Assembly (NCBI GenBank): GCA_012295275.1
Contig: CM022673.1
Location: 12,896,001-12,960,000, forward strand
Direction of reading: 5' to 3'
Source of the DNA: Chrysomallon squamiferum
Lineage: Eukaryota; Animalia; Mollusca
DNA: 64,000 nt
Of the stretch, positions 14,741 through 28,620 are shown in pieces. Both the position numbers and the translations under genes were made by a program. The notes beneath the pieces were generated by a model. The model worked only from the letters and a program-made list of their open reading frames with translations. It ran no database searches and had not been told where the DNA came from. Numbering within the stretch: position 1 is the first letter of the stretch; each line of letters begins with the position of its first letter.

Positions 14741-15937
14741 TGTGTATGTAAATGTATATGTTTGTATGTATGTATGTGAATATGTTTGTGTGTGTATATG
14801 TATATATGTATGTGTGTATGGAAATATGTATGTATGTGTGTACATGTGTCATAAACACAGCTCCAATAAGCCTGTAGTCAAATTAACTTACCTGATGAAC
14901 ATGACAAATGTGAGTGTACATGTTAATTTATGTATATGTGCATATGTGTGCATGTGTGTAGAGAGAGAGAGGAGTTGGACTAACTGACAGATATAAACAG
15001 ACCAATAAATAAATAGGTGGGTAGACAGACAGAGTGAGAAAAAGAAAAAGATGAAAGAAATGCTGGATACTACATCAGGATGTTAAAAGTAATATAGTAG
15101 ACAGGTTAAAAAACAGAACAATTTATAGAGGAGTCAGGTAGCTTAGTACACTGACATATGGCAAAACAAATACTGGACAAAGCAAGCCAGGGTAAACACA
15201 AAAAATCAAAGTTAAATAAAATAGTTTTAAAATAAGGATATATTTACAAGACATTAGGATACAAACCAGTATAAAAATTACATACAAGGTTTGAAAAAAA
15301 GATAGAAAGGAAGATAACAAAACTGAGTAAAATAAAATAACATAAAAGTACAGAGAAATTCAGACAGATATTCTGATGAAGACATTCTTCAGAAACTTGA
15401 TAAGTAACACAAAAAAAAAAAGTCTCGGACTTAGAAATGGTTTATCTTTAATTCTTTGCCACAACCACAGTCTGCTTGCCTGTAAGCTTTTAATACCTGC
15501 TTGAAGAAGCCACCTGAAATTATATACCTCAGTGGGATATTGGTGGGATTTTCTCTTCAGGTCATAAGCCACGTTCTCTGGTCTGGCATGTCACTCTGGG
15601 GCCATGGTTTAGATTTATCAGAGGTGTCGTATTTAACCTTGGTGATAAATGTCATAGCAGTTGTGTAGGGAATAGTACCGTTGTCCACCAATGAGGTGTG
15701 GAGTTGTTATAAATGAATTTTTATGATGATGATGATAATGATCGTGCAGTTGATGTTAGTGATGGTGATGTGACCACATAAATGATCCTCAGTAAAGCAA
15801 TATTAAACAAAAGTAAAATAGTTTTAAGATAATAAATTAATACATGTATGCTGATTGCCTGTGATATATGTATGTATGAATGTTTGTTATTGACACAGAT
15901 ACAGACACACACACATCCACCTACACACCTAACCTTG

Positions 15938-16475
15938 GAAATACAGATCACATAACCTCTGAATATTCACTGAAACAGATCATGTAACCTCAAAAGTACT
16001 CATTCAAATGCATGCTATATAACCTCAAAGCATCACTGAAACACATACCATGCAACCTCAGAATTCATTGAAACACATATCATGTAACCTCAAAGTATTT
16101 CTTTGAAAAAGATTCCATGTAACCTAAGAGAATTCAATGAAATGCAGATCACATAACCTCAGCATATTCACTGAAATGCAGGCCATGATTCCAGAGTATT
16201 CACTGAAATATGGACCACATAACCTCTGAGTATTTATTGAAATAGTGACCACATAACCTCTGAGTATTTATTGAAATAGTGGCCACATAACCTCATAATA
16301 TTCATGGAAACACAGGCCAAGTATACTCAAGGTATTCACTGAAACATAGACCAAGCAATCTGAGAGTATTCACTGAAACATAGACCAAGCAATCTGAGAG
16401 TATTCGTTGAAACACAGACCACATAACCTCAGCATTTATTGAAATGCAAAGCCACGTAAGCTGGGAGAATCAATC
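15938..16475. repeat. 34-bp minisatellite, ~16 copies
   Basis: Consensus GAAACACAGACCACATAACCTCAGAGTATTCACT in tandem with no unique spacers. Confidence 0.9.
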
Positions 16476-17574
16476 AGTAAAAGTGGCTTAACAAGAAGAC
16501 CTGAGGAAATGTTTATTGAAGAACAAAACGGTGCTGATTTAATGATGTGTATTGATCTGATGCTAAACTTGTGATGAAGCGATCCATTCATCTTCTTGGT
16601 GACTAACTGAACTATATGGTCTATTTTTGTTTTATTTTCTCTTCATCTTAATCTTCAGAGTTGTTTTTTTTCTTTTTCTGCAAGATGAACTGTAGTTCAT
16701 TGGTTAGAATACTTGTCTGATTCACAGTGCCCGTTTAGATTTATAAAGCTTTATAAAGCCCTGAGGCCACTTTTTTTTTTTGGGGAATAATTACTATCAG
16801 CTGGACTAAAAAAACTTGAAAACTTAATTATTTAACAGCACAAACTGTTTTCAGATGAATGCACTTACTGATCACATATTAGTATTAATAATGAACATAA
16901 AACCCAGTCTGCAGATTGTGTGGCCCCAAGCTGCATCTTGTTTAACTTGTTCCTAAACCCAGTGCAGTGTATTCGTAGATCTATTTATCATACCTACCAC
17001 ACGAATGATTTCTTAAAGTCAAACTGTGTGGGACGATGCACATATAAGATGTGCTTATAAGAGTGGAAAATGTAATGATGAAAGCGTGTTTCCTCTTTCA
17101 TATCATCGTTAGGGAAATGATTCACATATGAACAAACCTTCATTTATAAGTATAGGTGTTTTTGAATATTCATATATTTATGTAATGTAAGTACTTGTGT
17201 ATGCACTATAATGCACATTGTATGTGGGTACAGATGTGTGTGTGTGTGTGTGTGTGTCTCTGTGTGTTTTTTTTTGTACCCTATCTATTTCTACTAATCC
17301 AACTGCAAGCTCCAGTCTATTTGTATCATAAGTAATCTTTTTCAGTAATCTTCAATTGGCTGTTGATTGATCAAACATCAGTCTGTCTGGCTGTAAGTCT
17401 GTCTGTCTGTTTGTTATCAGCTGATGAAATAAAATTATCAGGAACGAACACAAACCTGATTTTCTTCAGCTGCCTTTTCTGTCAGTAGAGCTGATGAATG
17501 TCACATGACCATCCGTCTGTGTGTCTGTGTGTGCATGCGTATGTGTTTGATTTTCATCTTCAGTCTTACGATGG

Positions 17575-17795
17575 TGTGTATCCGATTTTCATAATCAATA
17601 GTTTCAGTCCATCGCGGTGTCTGATGTTATCATCAACAAAGTGTCTGTTCATCTGAATGTCTGATTTTATCAACAAATATGTCTGTCCATCTGTTCTGAG
17701 TGTCTGATTTTATCATAAAAGTGTGTCTATCTGTGAATCTGATTTTATCATCAACAGTATGTGTGTCTGACCATTTACATCTCTGATTTCATCTA
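17575..17795. repeat. ~38-bp degenerate tandem repeat
   Basis: Recurring GTCTGATTTTATCATCAACAAAGTGTCTG. Confidence 0.7.
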
Positions 17796-18279
17796 AGTGT
17801 CTTTCTGTAGCACTGTCCTTTAATACTGAGTATTACTGAACAGAAACTCAGATTAGTACAGTAGAACTTTGGTTGTATATCAGGTTAGAAAGAGATTATA
17901 ATTTATTTGCATAACCTATAATTATAAATAAATTAATTAATTAATATAAATTAAATAAATAAAATAAAATAAACAGATTGTTAAAATATTAAATAGAAAA
18001 TAAAACTGATTTTTTTATTATATTTTTTATCAAAGTTTATATGCAGTGAATGAAATGTACTTTATGAAGAACAGTTAAGTGAAGTGTGACACATATAATA
18101 ATTCATGTGTGTGTGTGTGTGTGTGTGATAAATAAAATATATAGACTTGTACAATAAAAAAAATTAAAAAAAATTTAATATAAACTATCACGAAATGTTA
18201 TACAATAGTGAGAAAAAATCTTTTAAATTTGTTTTTATTATTATTTTTTTTTAATATAATCTTTTTCTTTGTTAATACA

Positions 18280-18775
18280 ATTCGCGATTTATTCCGAAAG
18301 CAGACGTGAACATCTGTACAATTTACAATCAAGGTACACGTTATTAAACTGCAGTCTCACTTCCCCCATTCGTACACACGCTTAATGTGATTTTCATTCA
18401 TCTCTCTCTTCTCTTCTTTCAATCTCCGCCTCGTGGCGAGAGATCCGTAAAGAAACAAAGAGCAGGCCAGCTGGCTTGAGCTGAAATCCCCCGAGAAATG
18501 GGACGTTTCCCCCCTCTCAACTGTCAATCACCAAGCGGCGAAGAAAATCCCAGGTTTAACTCGGAACTTCAAACTGCAAGTAGCAGTCGATCCGTACCCC
18601 GGCTTCAGCGCGCTGTTTCTCACTGGCGAGGTGATACAAACGTCTGTTGTAGCGATACGACTCGACTGTCTACGCAACATCTACTTAACGGAGGAGGTTT
18701 GTAAACACCGTTCTTTTAAACTGTGTAGTTCAGTACAGGATCTGTACCAGCCGTGTTTGAACTATGAAGGTAAGA
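18280..18775 (+). promoter_or_regulatory. CpG-rich promoter-like island with putative first exon ending at 18769
   Basis: Dense CpG, GC-rich relative to flanks; consensus donor AAG|gtaaga at 18769/18770 followed by an abrupt return to T-rich intron-like sequence. Confidence 0.55.
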
Positions 18776-19262
18776 AAATTGTTAATTTCATTTGTCGTCT
18801 TGTTTTTGTTTTAGGCTTTGTTTTGTTTGGTACTGCGATAGTTACGATAGGAATATAAATAAAGGTAAACAAACTATTAATTCAGTTATAATTACTACTA
18901 AACAAGTCATATTATAAAGTGTTAATATTTTTATCATATGATATTGTAATAGTTTCTTTGTTTTAGCCAATCTGTTTCTCTCTGAATTATTGTATGAAGT
19001 TAAGTAAACAAGGTATACAGTTATAATTATGGTTATATTGATTGTCTTAGTTTTGAATAGCACAATTCCTTGAAGAAAAATCTATATACCAGGCATGTAT
19101 GGATTGTTGTGCAAAGAAGATATATATATATATATATAATACACCCATAAACACACCCACACACACACACACCCACACACATATGGATGCAGACACCCAC
19201 ACAAACATATTATTTAAATTTATATTTATATACTGTATGTTGTATCTCTCTTTCTCACTCTA

Positions 19263-19303
<41 letters not shown>

Positions 19304-20369
19304 CACACACACACAAACATGTATACCTGTGTGTGTGTTTATGTATGAACTGTTAATTTATTTATGTTGTATTCGTTGTCTTAACTCGGCCTCTACAATT
19401 CCCAGTGGGAACCAATACAAACAAGTTCACATTAGCACTTCACAACACATCAGACTTAAATCCCTTACTCAATGTCTTTGTTTCTGCACATTCAGTCTCC
19501 AGAGAACCAGTATAAACACATGTATATTACACATAACACGAACACACACACACACACACTGGGTCATTTATTAGTTGAATTTGCTTAACTTAAGTTGCAG
19601 AAACCAATATAAAGATGTCAGCATTATTATTTTAAGACATGCGAGTATATAATGAGGTTAATACTGTAAAATAATGGCACACAGATTATCTGCTATTTTT
19701 AACTGTTCTCTGAATTAACAAGTATAAACAAACGTGTTATTGTTGTTATTCTGATACATATAAACAAACTGATTTTTAGTTGTATTTGCTCACACACACA
19801 CACACACACACACAAAGACACACATTAATACTTCATCAATACTTCATCATCTAGCATTGGATTGTCTCTATTTATTTGCCCGTTCTCTGAATAAACTAAT
19901 ATAAAATAATAAACCTATATATTTATTATATCTGTCTGTCTATCTATCTATCTGCTGTCCCTCTGTCTTTCTGTCTTTTGTCTGTCTGTTTCTCTCTGTT
20001 ATAAAAATAAAAAACTGTTAATGCTTTATTATTACACACACATTCACTGTCACACATTATCATTTCGTATTTGCTTGCCACACTTTCATTCTGCTATTCT
20101 CCACAAAAGCTGGTATAGATACACACAAATACATTATTACTAGAAGATATATTCAATATTTAACCCTTTTAATATGTTGTGCATGGGTGTCATAATATCA
20201 ATAGCAAACAAAACATTCTATGTTTACTTTCTGCATTCATGTTAGTTTTACATACCTTAAGTGGTACTTAAGGCAAAATATAGTATGTATATATAGATAT
20301 AAAACACATACACCAAAAAAACCTAGTGAAACATATTCAGAAACTAATAAAAAAGGAGAACATTAATCT

Positions 20370-20745
20370 ACAAAATCATGGATAACTATAAAAATCTTTA
20401 TATCTATTTTATTACTTTGTTAAGTCTTTTAAAATCACCACTAAATCATGGATAACTATTAATATTTATTTTACCCTGGTAAGTCTTTTTAAAAATTTGA
20501 TAAAGCTATATAAAAATGTTATTATTTATTTTATTATCTTGATGTTTTAAAAACATCGGTAAATTGTGGATAACTATATAAAATGTTTATACCTGTTTTT
20601 TATTTTATTACTTTGATTAGTTGTTTAAAAACATGTAGATAACTGTAAAAAAAATGAATTATTAGTCTTTGATAAATCTTTTAAAAATGTCTAAATAATG
20701 GACAACCATATAAAATGTTGTTATTTAATATATTGTTTAAAAACA
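20370..20745. repeat. ~60-70-bp degenerate tandem repeat
   Basis: Recurring AAATCATGGATAACTATA(T)AAAATG...CTTTGATAAGTCTTTTAAAA. Confidence 0.7.
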
Positions 20746-21148
20746 TATCTATGATGACAAATAAACATTAAAATTTATTTTCTTATTTTGCAAATTATCT
20801 TAGCACAAATTATCTTAACAAATTATCTATAAAACTTGTTTTGTTATTAATGTACCCAGCAGCACAAAGTGATAATAAAAAGTAAGAATTTTCTTTTTTC
20901 CTTATTGGACAGTTTGCTTTAAACCTTAAAAAATAATGTAAACTATTAACTTCTGATAATTTTTATTTAAACTTTGAAAATAATCTTCACTGTTAATATT
21001 AACTGTTGATCTTTGAACTTTAAAAATAATCTAAAGTATTAATATTAACTGAGTACCTCAGTTTGTTTTAATCTACAATATTAATCAATGTATCATATTA
21101 AGTCTGACAGCTGTATTGGCTTAACTTTTGTAAATTGTCCTTTGACTT

Positions 21149-21191
<43 letters not shown>

Positions 21192-21399
21192 TTTTCCACA
21201 AAAAATAATCCTAGTAAATCACAATGTTAAATGTACAAGTGTCTGTGTGTGCTTTTGTGCGAGTGTCTCGGTCATTTTCCACTAAACGTAATCCCAACAT
21301 ATCACAATGTCAATTATTTATTTTTTATTATTATTATAATTTCTTTAGTGTATCAGTAATTCTGATCTAACCTTTCAAAATAATCTGTCATATTCTCTC

Positions 21400-21750
21400 A
21401 AACAACGTCGCTGCTTGTTTTTGTGTAACGTTGTGTGTTCTTCTGCAACGGTGGTTGAAACACTTCAGCGACAACGGACCAAGGGTAGAGGCACTAATAT
21501 TTATAAACGTTCCGCAGAGGACAAAGGAAGCGCCTATAAAAACATGTTACGTCTGCCATTTCGAGACCTTCCCATTGTAAACTGTTTGTTTCTGGGTGAC
21601 GAAAACACAGATCGTATCAGTGCCATAACTTTGTTAGGTCTTCGTTTAAACCCAGCCCATTTACAGCCCTTCATCCCTGACAAAATTACACATTTCCAGC
21701 CACCCTTTTTTTTCTCCTTTCTTTGTGTGTGCAAGGTCTCAGGTATCACG
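21400..21750 (+). promoter_or_regulatory. CpG-enriched island (promoter or enhancer candidate)
   Basis: CpG cluster, TATAAA at 21500 and 21535, candidate donor CAG|gtatca near 21742/21743. Confidence 0.35.
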
Positions 21751-21804
21751 GATTTAGAATCTGTAATATTTCCACTTCACAAGTTCAGTGTTGTCAGTAA
21801 TCTC

Positions 21805-22240
21805 TGAGTTAATTTCATTTTGTCTGTATAATCCTGAGCTATAAAAGTAGTCTTTTATTATGTTCTTAAAATATTTTAAAAATAATATCAGTTTCTTTGG
21901 ATTTAATTTTTAAGGAGGATTTTCCCAGTTACTTTCATTTTATCTGTTATCTGTGAGATATAATCATAGTCTTTTATTATATACCTTCTTAAAATATTTG
22001 CGTCCATAATATAACCAGTTTAATGTGTTTGTTGTTTTAAATGAGAATTCCTCATTTTATCTTTGAATTATAACCATAGTCTTGAATACTTTTTTTCAGT
22101 ATTTACTTCCATAATATGATCAGTTTCATGGTAGTTGTTTTCAAAAAAAAGATTCTGCCAGTTAATTTAATTTTGTTCATCTAATCTTTCAGTTATGTCA
22201 CAGTTTTTAATATATATTTTCTTCCATAATATAATCAGGG
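21805..22240. repeat. ~120-bp degenerate tandem repeat
   Basis: Recurring AGTTAATTTCATTTT...ATAGTCTTTTATTAT...CCATAATATAATCAG. Confidence 0.55.
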
Positions 22241-23146
22241 TTTTATTTTTATTTATTTTTGGTTGGGGGGCTTAAAAGAGTATTTTATTAGCAAACAGGG
22301 CTTCACTGATAATTTTGTAAATGGGTTTCAGAAAGAGACAGTAGTTTGTTAAATTTGTTTTCTTATCATACAGTCAGAGCTATAATAATGTTCTAATACA
22401 TGAAGACCTAACTTGATTTATAACAGTATTACCTATTCCAACTTTTTAAACTCTTTCAATCAAAAAATGCTAAGCCAGTCTATAATATTTTTATCCATTC
22501 CAGCTCATGCTCTGATAATAAATCAGTCTTATTCTATCAGTTATAAAGTAGTTATTTATCCATAAAATATTTTGTTAAAAGAAATTTTCTTATATTTAAG
22601 AAGCAATTATGAATTGTATGACAACAGGAAATTAGAAGTTTAATTATTAATCTTTAATTAAAATTAAAAAGAGAAGGGAATTTTTTATTCTGCACAATAT
22701 AAGAAGAAAACCTGTTTCTTTTTTGATTTGTAGCCTAACAAAGAAAAAAGAAAAAAAAAAAAGAAAGAAAAATGAAATACAGTAATTACATGTTCTTTTT
22801 TTTCTTTTTTTCTTTTTTCCAAGAGCAAAATGAAAACTGCAGGAGGGGAAAGAACTTGAATAACTGATATTGACTGATTGTGTAATTATAAATAATTGCT
22901 TTAGAATATACTAATATACATTTTATGAGATGAAAAAAACAAATAACACTACGTGACTTGGTGCATTTAATCTGATTTTCTTCTTAAGAAAAGATATCTG
23001 ATAACAATAAGTAGAGATTTTTATTAAGTAATATTGATAATACTTTTTCTAATAGGATAGATTTTCTAAATGATGAAAGAAACTAAAAAACAAAAAATGT
23101 CTTTAATCAATTTTTATTAACTTATCTCCATCAGTCTATAATGGAA

Positions 23147-23191
<45 letters not shown>

Positions 23192-25103
23192 GTTTCTGTG
23201 TATATGAATTCATTAATATGGTATATTTGTATATGGTATATAAAGAAGAACAGAAAAAGAAAAAGACAGATATATCATATTCAGAGAGAGAGAGAGAGAG
23301 TTAGATAAAGGTATTCAAAGAGGGAGAGAGAGAGAGATAGATAAAGGTATTCAAAGAGAGAGAGATTAAATATAATATTTTATTCCACAACTAGATAATA
23401 TAAATGTTACTGTTTGCTAACTTTTAAAATTGTACACAAGATAGAAGCGTGTATTTTTGAAAATATTAATTCTATTTTGTGAAGGCTAATTATACCAGGA
23501 CATGACTGAGTCACAACACAACAATAATGTGAAAAAAGAAAAAAAAGAAGGAAAAAAGAAAAAATTTAAATTATTTTTGATTAGCAGTTATTTTAATGCA
23601 TCATAACAACAAATATTAAATTTTTGTTTTCATGCATACACTTTTATTGGATTTTTATGATTTCAGGTCACAGTGAATTATAACAAAAATAAATTTTCTT
23701 CAAATAAAATCTTCAAAACAAAACAAAGTTTAATTATATTATTAAAACCTGTTATATTTTGTAATGGATGTATTTGGCTGATATTGTCACTTTTTTTGTA
23801 TGTGTTCTTAAGAGAAGCAATGGCTAAAAGATCTATTCTTCTTTACATACATAAACAGTTATTTCCCATTCCAGTCAGACCCATCACCCTTGTTGACATT
23901 ACACATTACTTCTTTAATACCTCATTCATTCATTCTCTCTATCTATCTGTATGTGTACATATATCTATATTTGTATATCTGTATCTATATTTGTACCTAT
24001 ATCACTATAGATACCTATAATCTATAGTATGTACCTATGTCTATATTATATCTGTACATCTCTATCAATATTTGTATCTATATCTGTGTGTGTGTGTGTG
24101 TGTTTGTGTGTGTATACTATATCTGTAACTATACATAATATATTTATATGGATATATAAAATGTATTCAAGAACTTCTAAAAATCTTAACTATGTTCATA
24201 TAGTTGTTGTTAAAGATTCAAGCATGCCTTGCATGTGCATACTCTGATATAATAAGCCATAACAGACACACTAAATGGTGAAGAACACTAATCAAATAAA
24301 CATGATCAATTAATAAAAACATTCATAAACATATAAATTTAACTTTGTACAAGTATGCTTGTCATGTACACAGTTTTGGACTTCAACTAAAACATTTTTA
24401 AATGTATTAATCTATTATAGATTCAAGTACACAACTATCAAAACCAAGAGCTAGTAGTTATATTCTTATATCCAATAAAAACTCAAGCAAGCCTTTCCTG
24501 GTATCATTAGTCATACATTGACCAAAATCATTATTTAAATTTTTTTTAAATTGATTATAATTTTTTTTTTTTTTTACAATTTATTTATTATAGATGAATT
24601 ATTAAGCAAGGACAAAAAAAACATTTATTATTTCTTTCTAAAGACTGCCATGGATTTCAATGTCATCATTTGTTAAGGCTTGGTAATTGAATTTTTCTCA
24701 CTTTTTAAAGTTGCCAGTTTAAAGTCTGGTTGTACAACAGTTTAGTCTGTGACTATTGTCTGCCAATTTTTAACAAGTATGAGTCATAGTAAACCACTGA
24801 ATTTTTAACATTAATCACGAGGGAAAAAAAAACTGATGTGTGAGACTACATTTTCATTTAACTTATGGGGAGAAAGAATTGTACTGACACTGATGACAGT
24901 GTTAACATTTCAGTAATTTATTTTAAAAATGTTTTATATATTTATTTATTATTTTTGTTTTATTAATCTGTAAAGAAAATTAAAAAAAGATTTCAAATAG
25001 AACTTTTGGGCAGAAGAAATTATATTAATGCTGATGCTAAAATTTAAATAATTATCTTAAAATTATTTTTTGTTTGTTTGTGTCAGTAAAAATAACAATG
25101 AAA

Positions 25104-25175
25104 ATGAATGAATGAATGCTTAACGACACCCCAGCACAAAAAACAAAGTGGCAGTTGGGTGTCAAACAAAGGTAA
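25104..25175 (+). mobile_element. Short interspersed element fragment (copy 1) with internal inverted repeat
   Basis: (GAAT)n-TTAACGACACCCCAGCA...GGGTGTCAAACAAAGGTA; a related copy lies at 58719-58790. Confidence 0.6.
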
Positions 25176-25851
25176 ATATAATAAAATGGTGATAAAAATA
25201 TCAACAGTACAAAGTGAGAGTAATAAAATAGAAATAATAATGTTTTTTGTGTCTACATGGTTAATTTAAAACAACTGAGATAAATAAAAAAAGAGCTGTT
25301 TTTACACTGAACTACATAGTGTTCAGAGATACATAAAATGATGTTAGTAATGTGTAAAATATGCATTTGTGTGCATGGTGGGTGGTGTGTCTATGTATTC
25401 GCATGTATGTGTGTAGATAGGCAGTATGTATGTATGCAATACATAAACATATTCATATAAAGTAAAAATAATTTCTAAATTACATAATCTGCAAAAAATT
25501 AAATATATTCTGATATCAAAAATAATCATTCTTTTTGTATTGTTATTCATTGAACTACATTTTACATTAAAACTGAAAACGAAGATAAAAAAAAAAATGA
25601 AATATTGAAAAGATTGATATAACTAGTTGTATCACTGACAGAAACAGTTTATCAAAGAAAATGAAGCTGTCATACTGACACAATCACAGACAGACACTTG
25701 CATCAACAGCAGATCATCTCCTAAACAAATTTCCACACAGAAGAGAAGATAGTCAGATACTCCAAAACCTTTGGATAAAAAATAAATTAAAATAAAGAAA
25801 AAGGAAAAACAGTTACCAGAAACAAACAGTAAAAAAAAAAAACACCAAAGA

Positions 25852-25978
25852 ATAAATAAAATAAAATAAAATAAAATAAAATAAAATAAAATAAAATAAA
25901 AAACAAAAAATAAAATGAAATGAAATAAAATGAAATACTTTAAAATAAAATAAAATAAAATGAAATGAAATAAAATAA
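25852..25978. repeat. (AAAAT)n pentanucleotide microsatellite
   Basis: Direct reading; a similar tract lies at 58500-58555. Confidence 0.9.
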
Positions 25979-26331
25979 TTTTGTTTCTTTTTTCCTGTAT
26001 TTATTTGTTTATTTATTTATTTATTTATTTTTATTTTTATTTTTTTTTAAATGAAAAGGAAAGAAAAAATTCTATCTAAGCCATGAATTTTGTTCACCCC
26101 CCCACCCATCAAGTCAGGGTTCAGAAATGGGTATCTGTGTCTGCTGTAAAACTGTTTCTGTCACATCAGCTGTCAGATGTCAGGACAGACAGACAACTGG
26201 ATAAAGACCAGAACCAGTCTGTTACATTTAAATTCAAATGAAGAAGAATGTTTATTTGAGTTCTGGCTTTGGTCAGTTTGTTGTTTAATGATAGTGATGA
26301 TGATAATAATAATAGTTATTTATTTTTTAAT

Positions 26332-26362
<31 letters not shown>

Positions 26363-27987
26363 TCTTTTACTTCATTTTTAATTTAAAAAAAAAAAAAAAA
26401 GCAAAAAAAATAATTAAGTTTTTATCACTTTTCCAAGTGATGTAATCCAGCCTTTATTTTTCAAAATGATTTATTTTGACCTCTCTCAAAGCTCATCTTG
26501 AAAAGCTATTTGTTAGACAACCACTTTTGACCTGCTGGTGCAGGCCTTCCCTGATAGAGACTGCTTCATGCAATCCAAACAAGTACTGCTAATTAATCAT
26601 CAGTTAAGTAGAAAGCCTCTTTGTTTTGTTTCTGTTGGTTTAAGATTATCATAAATCTAAAACAGAATAAGAAGTGTGAGCAGCATGGTGTAGGTTACAA
26701 AATATTATCAGTTTGAAATTAAATTGGTTTACTTTTTATTTTGTTATCCATTGCAGAAATAGTTTGGCTATTTATTTGTTATCATTTAAAAAAAAAAAAA
26801 AAAAAAACATTTTATTTTTTTTATTGCAACAATAAAATATATGTTTATTTACTGTTATTATTTTTTACAAAGGGCAGCATGTTTGGTTGTGTTATCCATT
26901 ATAGAAATAAAATGGTTGGGTTTTTTAATTATAAAGATAAAATATCCTTTTAAGAATTATTGTTGTTTGTTGCTGTTGTTGCTGTCATTAATATTAAACT
27001 AAAATCTCCATTTGTCAGTTCTTTTTTTTTAAATTAATTATTTAATTATTTACTTTTATTATAAATATAAAGCAGTAAGAAATAAGAAAAAGAAAAATTA
27101 TTGCTTATTGAAAATAACAGGTTTCAGATTGCCTTCCTCCCACCCAAAGATAAAGATGCGACTGGCAAAGATAATTTTTATTCCTTTACAAACAAACAAA
27201 ACAAAACAAAAAAGCATTCCCTGCTCTTGAGCCATGTAATGGAAAATAACAGAAAAAGGTATTTTTATATATTTATCAAATCTGGGTCTGCCCAGTGCCT
27301 GAACTGGTTTCAAACAAATCTCCTTGCCGATAGCTAATAATTTGATTTTTGTGCGAAGACTACTTGTATTCCATTATTCTGTTTTGTTAGCTTCCACCCA
27401 TCACAAGCATGTTTGCACCTTATCACACTAAGCATGCTAATAATTAAAAAGACTAGACATTTTGATTTCTGTGCCTGTGTTCATGTTTCTGAGTTACGTG
27501 TAATAAAGGACTTGAATCTGTCATACTAACTAAATTTGCATGTTTACAGTCCACGTATATAATTATGAAACAGTTTGCACCAGATGCATGCTGGGCAAAC
27601 CTGCACTTTACCAAACAAACGAAGGTAATAAATGGATATTAAAGGCACTTGAAGTTGTCACTTAACATTCTGATATCTCTATTTCCAAGTATTTTTGCAA
27701 TCTGTGCATTCAGTTGTGTCATCAGGTGCATGCTAGACATAACTGCATGTTACTGGACAAACAAAGCCAATAAATGGATTTAAATTTAAAAAAATTTAGT
27801 GTCACTATTTCTATATTTCTGTATTTCCAAATATGCTCACAAATCATATATGAAACACTTGAATACAGGTGCATATCAAGCATGCTTCAGTCTTTATCTT
27901 AAGAAAACTTGAAAATGTCACTTAAGTTTCCAAGACACAGGTAGTCAGGTATAAACATGACACACATTTCATGACACTTAAGTACAA

Positions 27988-28080
27988 TACCAACCCACTT
28001 AGGTACACCACAACCCACTTGTGTACACCACAAACCCACTTACATACATCACAAACACACTTACATACATCACAAACAGA
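27988..28080. repeat. 21-bp tandem repeat, ~4 copies
   Basis: CAA(A)CCCACTTA(G/C)(G/A)TACA(C/T)CAC units. Confidence 0.75.
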
Positions 28081-28141
28081 CAGCTACAAACCAAACTTCC
28101 ATTTCTGTCACTTTTGTTTCAGTTGTCAGCTTAGCGACATC

Positions 28142-28620
28142 TTAATAGTTATTAGTTGTCGGGCAACGAGTTTTTGTATTATTGTAATATTTATTAGAAA
28201 GGAAAATCATAATTTTATAACAAGAATGAAGAAAAGTTAATCATACGCTCAGTTCAGTCATAACGTATGGCTTTATCACATGTACATTTTTTTAAAAATA
28301 TTAATAGTTACTAGTTGTCAGGCAAACAGTTTTTGTATTATTGTAATATTTATTAGAGAGGAAAATCATAATTTTAAAACAAGAATGAAGAAAAGTTTAA
28401 TCATACGCTCATTCATAATATATGGCTTTATCACATGTACTTTTTAAAAAAAATATTAATAGTTAATAGTTGTCAGGCAAACAGTTTTTGTATTATGGTA
28501 ATATTTATTAGAGAGGAAAATCATAATTTTAAAACAAGAATGAAGAAAAGTTTAATGATTCACTCAGTTCATTCATAATGTATGGATCTTTTTTCATGTG
28601 CTACATTTGTTTAAAAAATT
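28142..28620. repeat. ~157-bp tandem triplication, high identity
   Basis: Copies start at ~28142, 28301 and 28456 with TTAATAGTTA(T/C/A)TAGTTGTC..GCAA...GGAAAATCATAATTTT.AAACAAGAATGAAGAAAAGTT. Confidence 0.92.

Noticed and set aside
15938-16475. CRISPR-like periodic array
   Set aside because: Whole units are homologous with no unique spacers, the context is eukaryotic, and there are no cas genes; it is a minisatellite.
17821-17851. miR-12-like TGAGTATTAC within the palindrome TAATACT-G-AGTATTA
   Set aside because: A short AT-rich palindrome with no ~60-nt precursor stem.
26166-26187. miR-1989-like TCAGCTGTCA
   Set aside because: The match is limited to the 5' end, there is no pre-miRNA hairpin, and an E-box/TALE motif explains it better.
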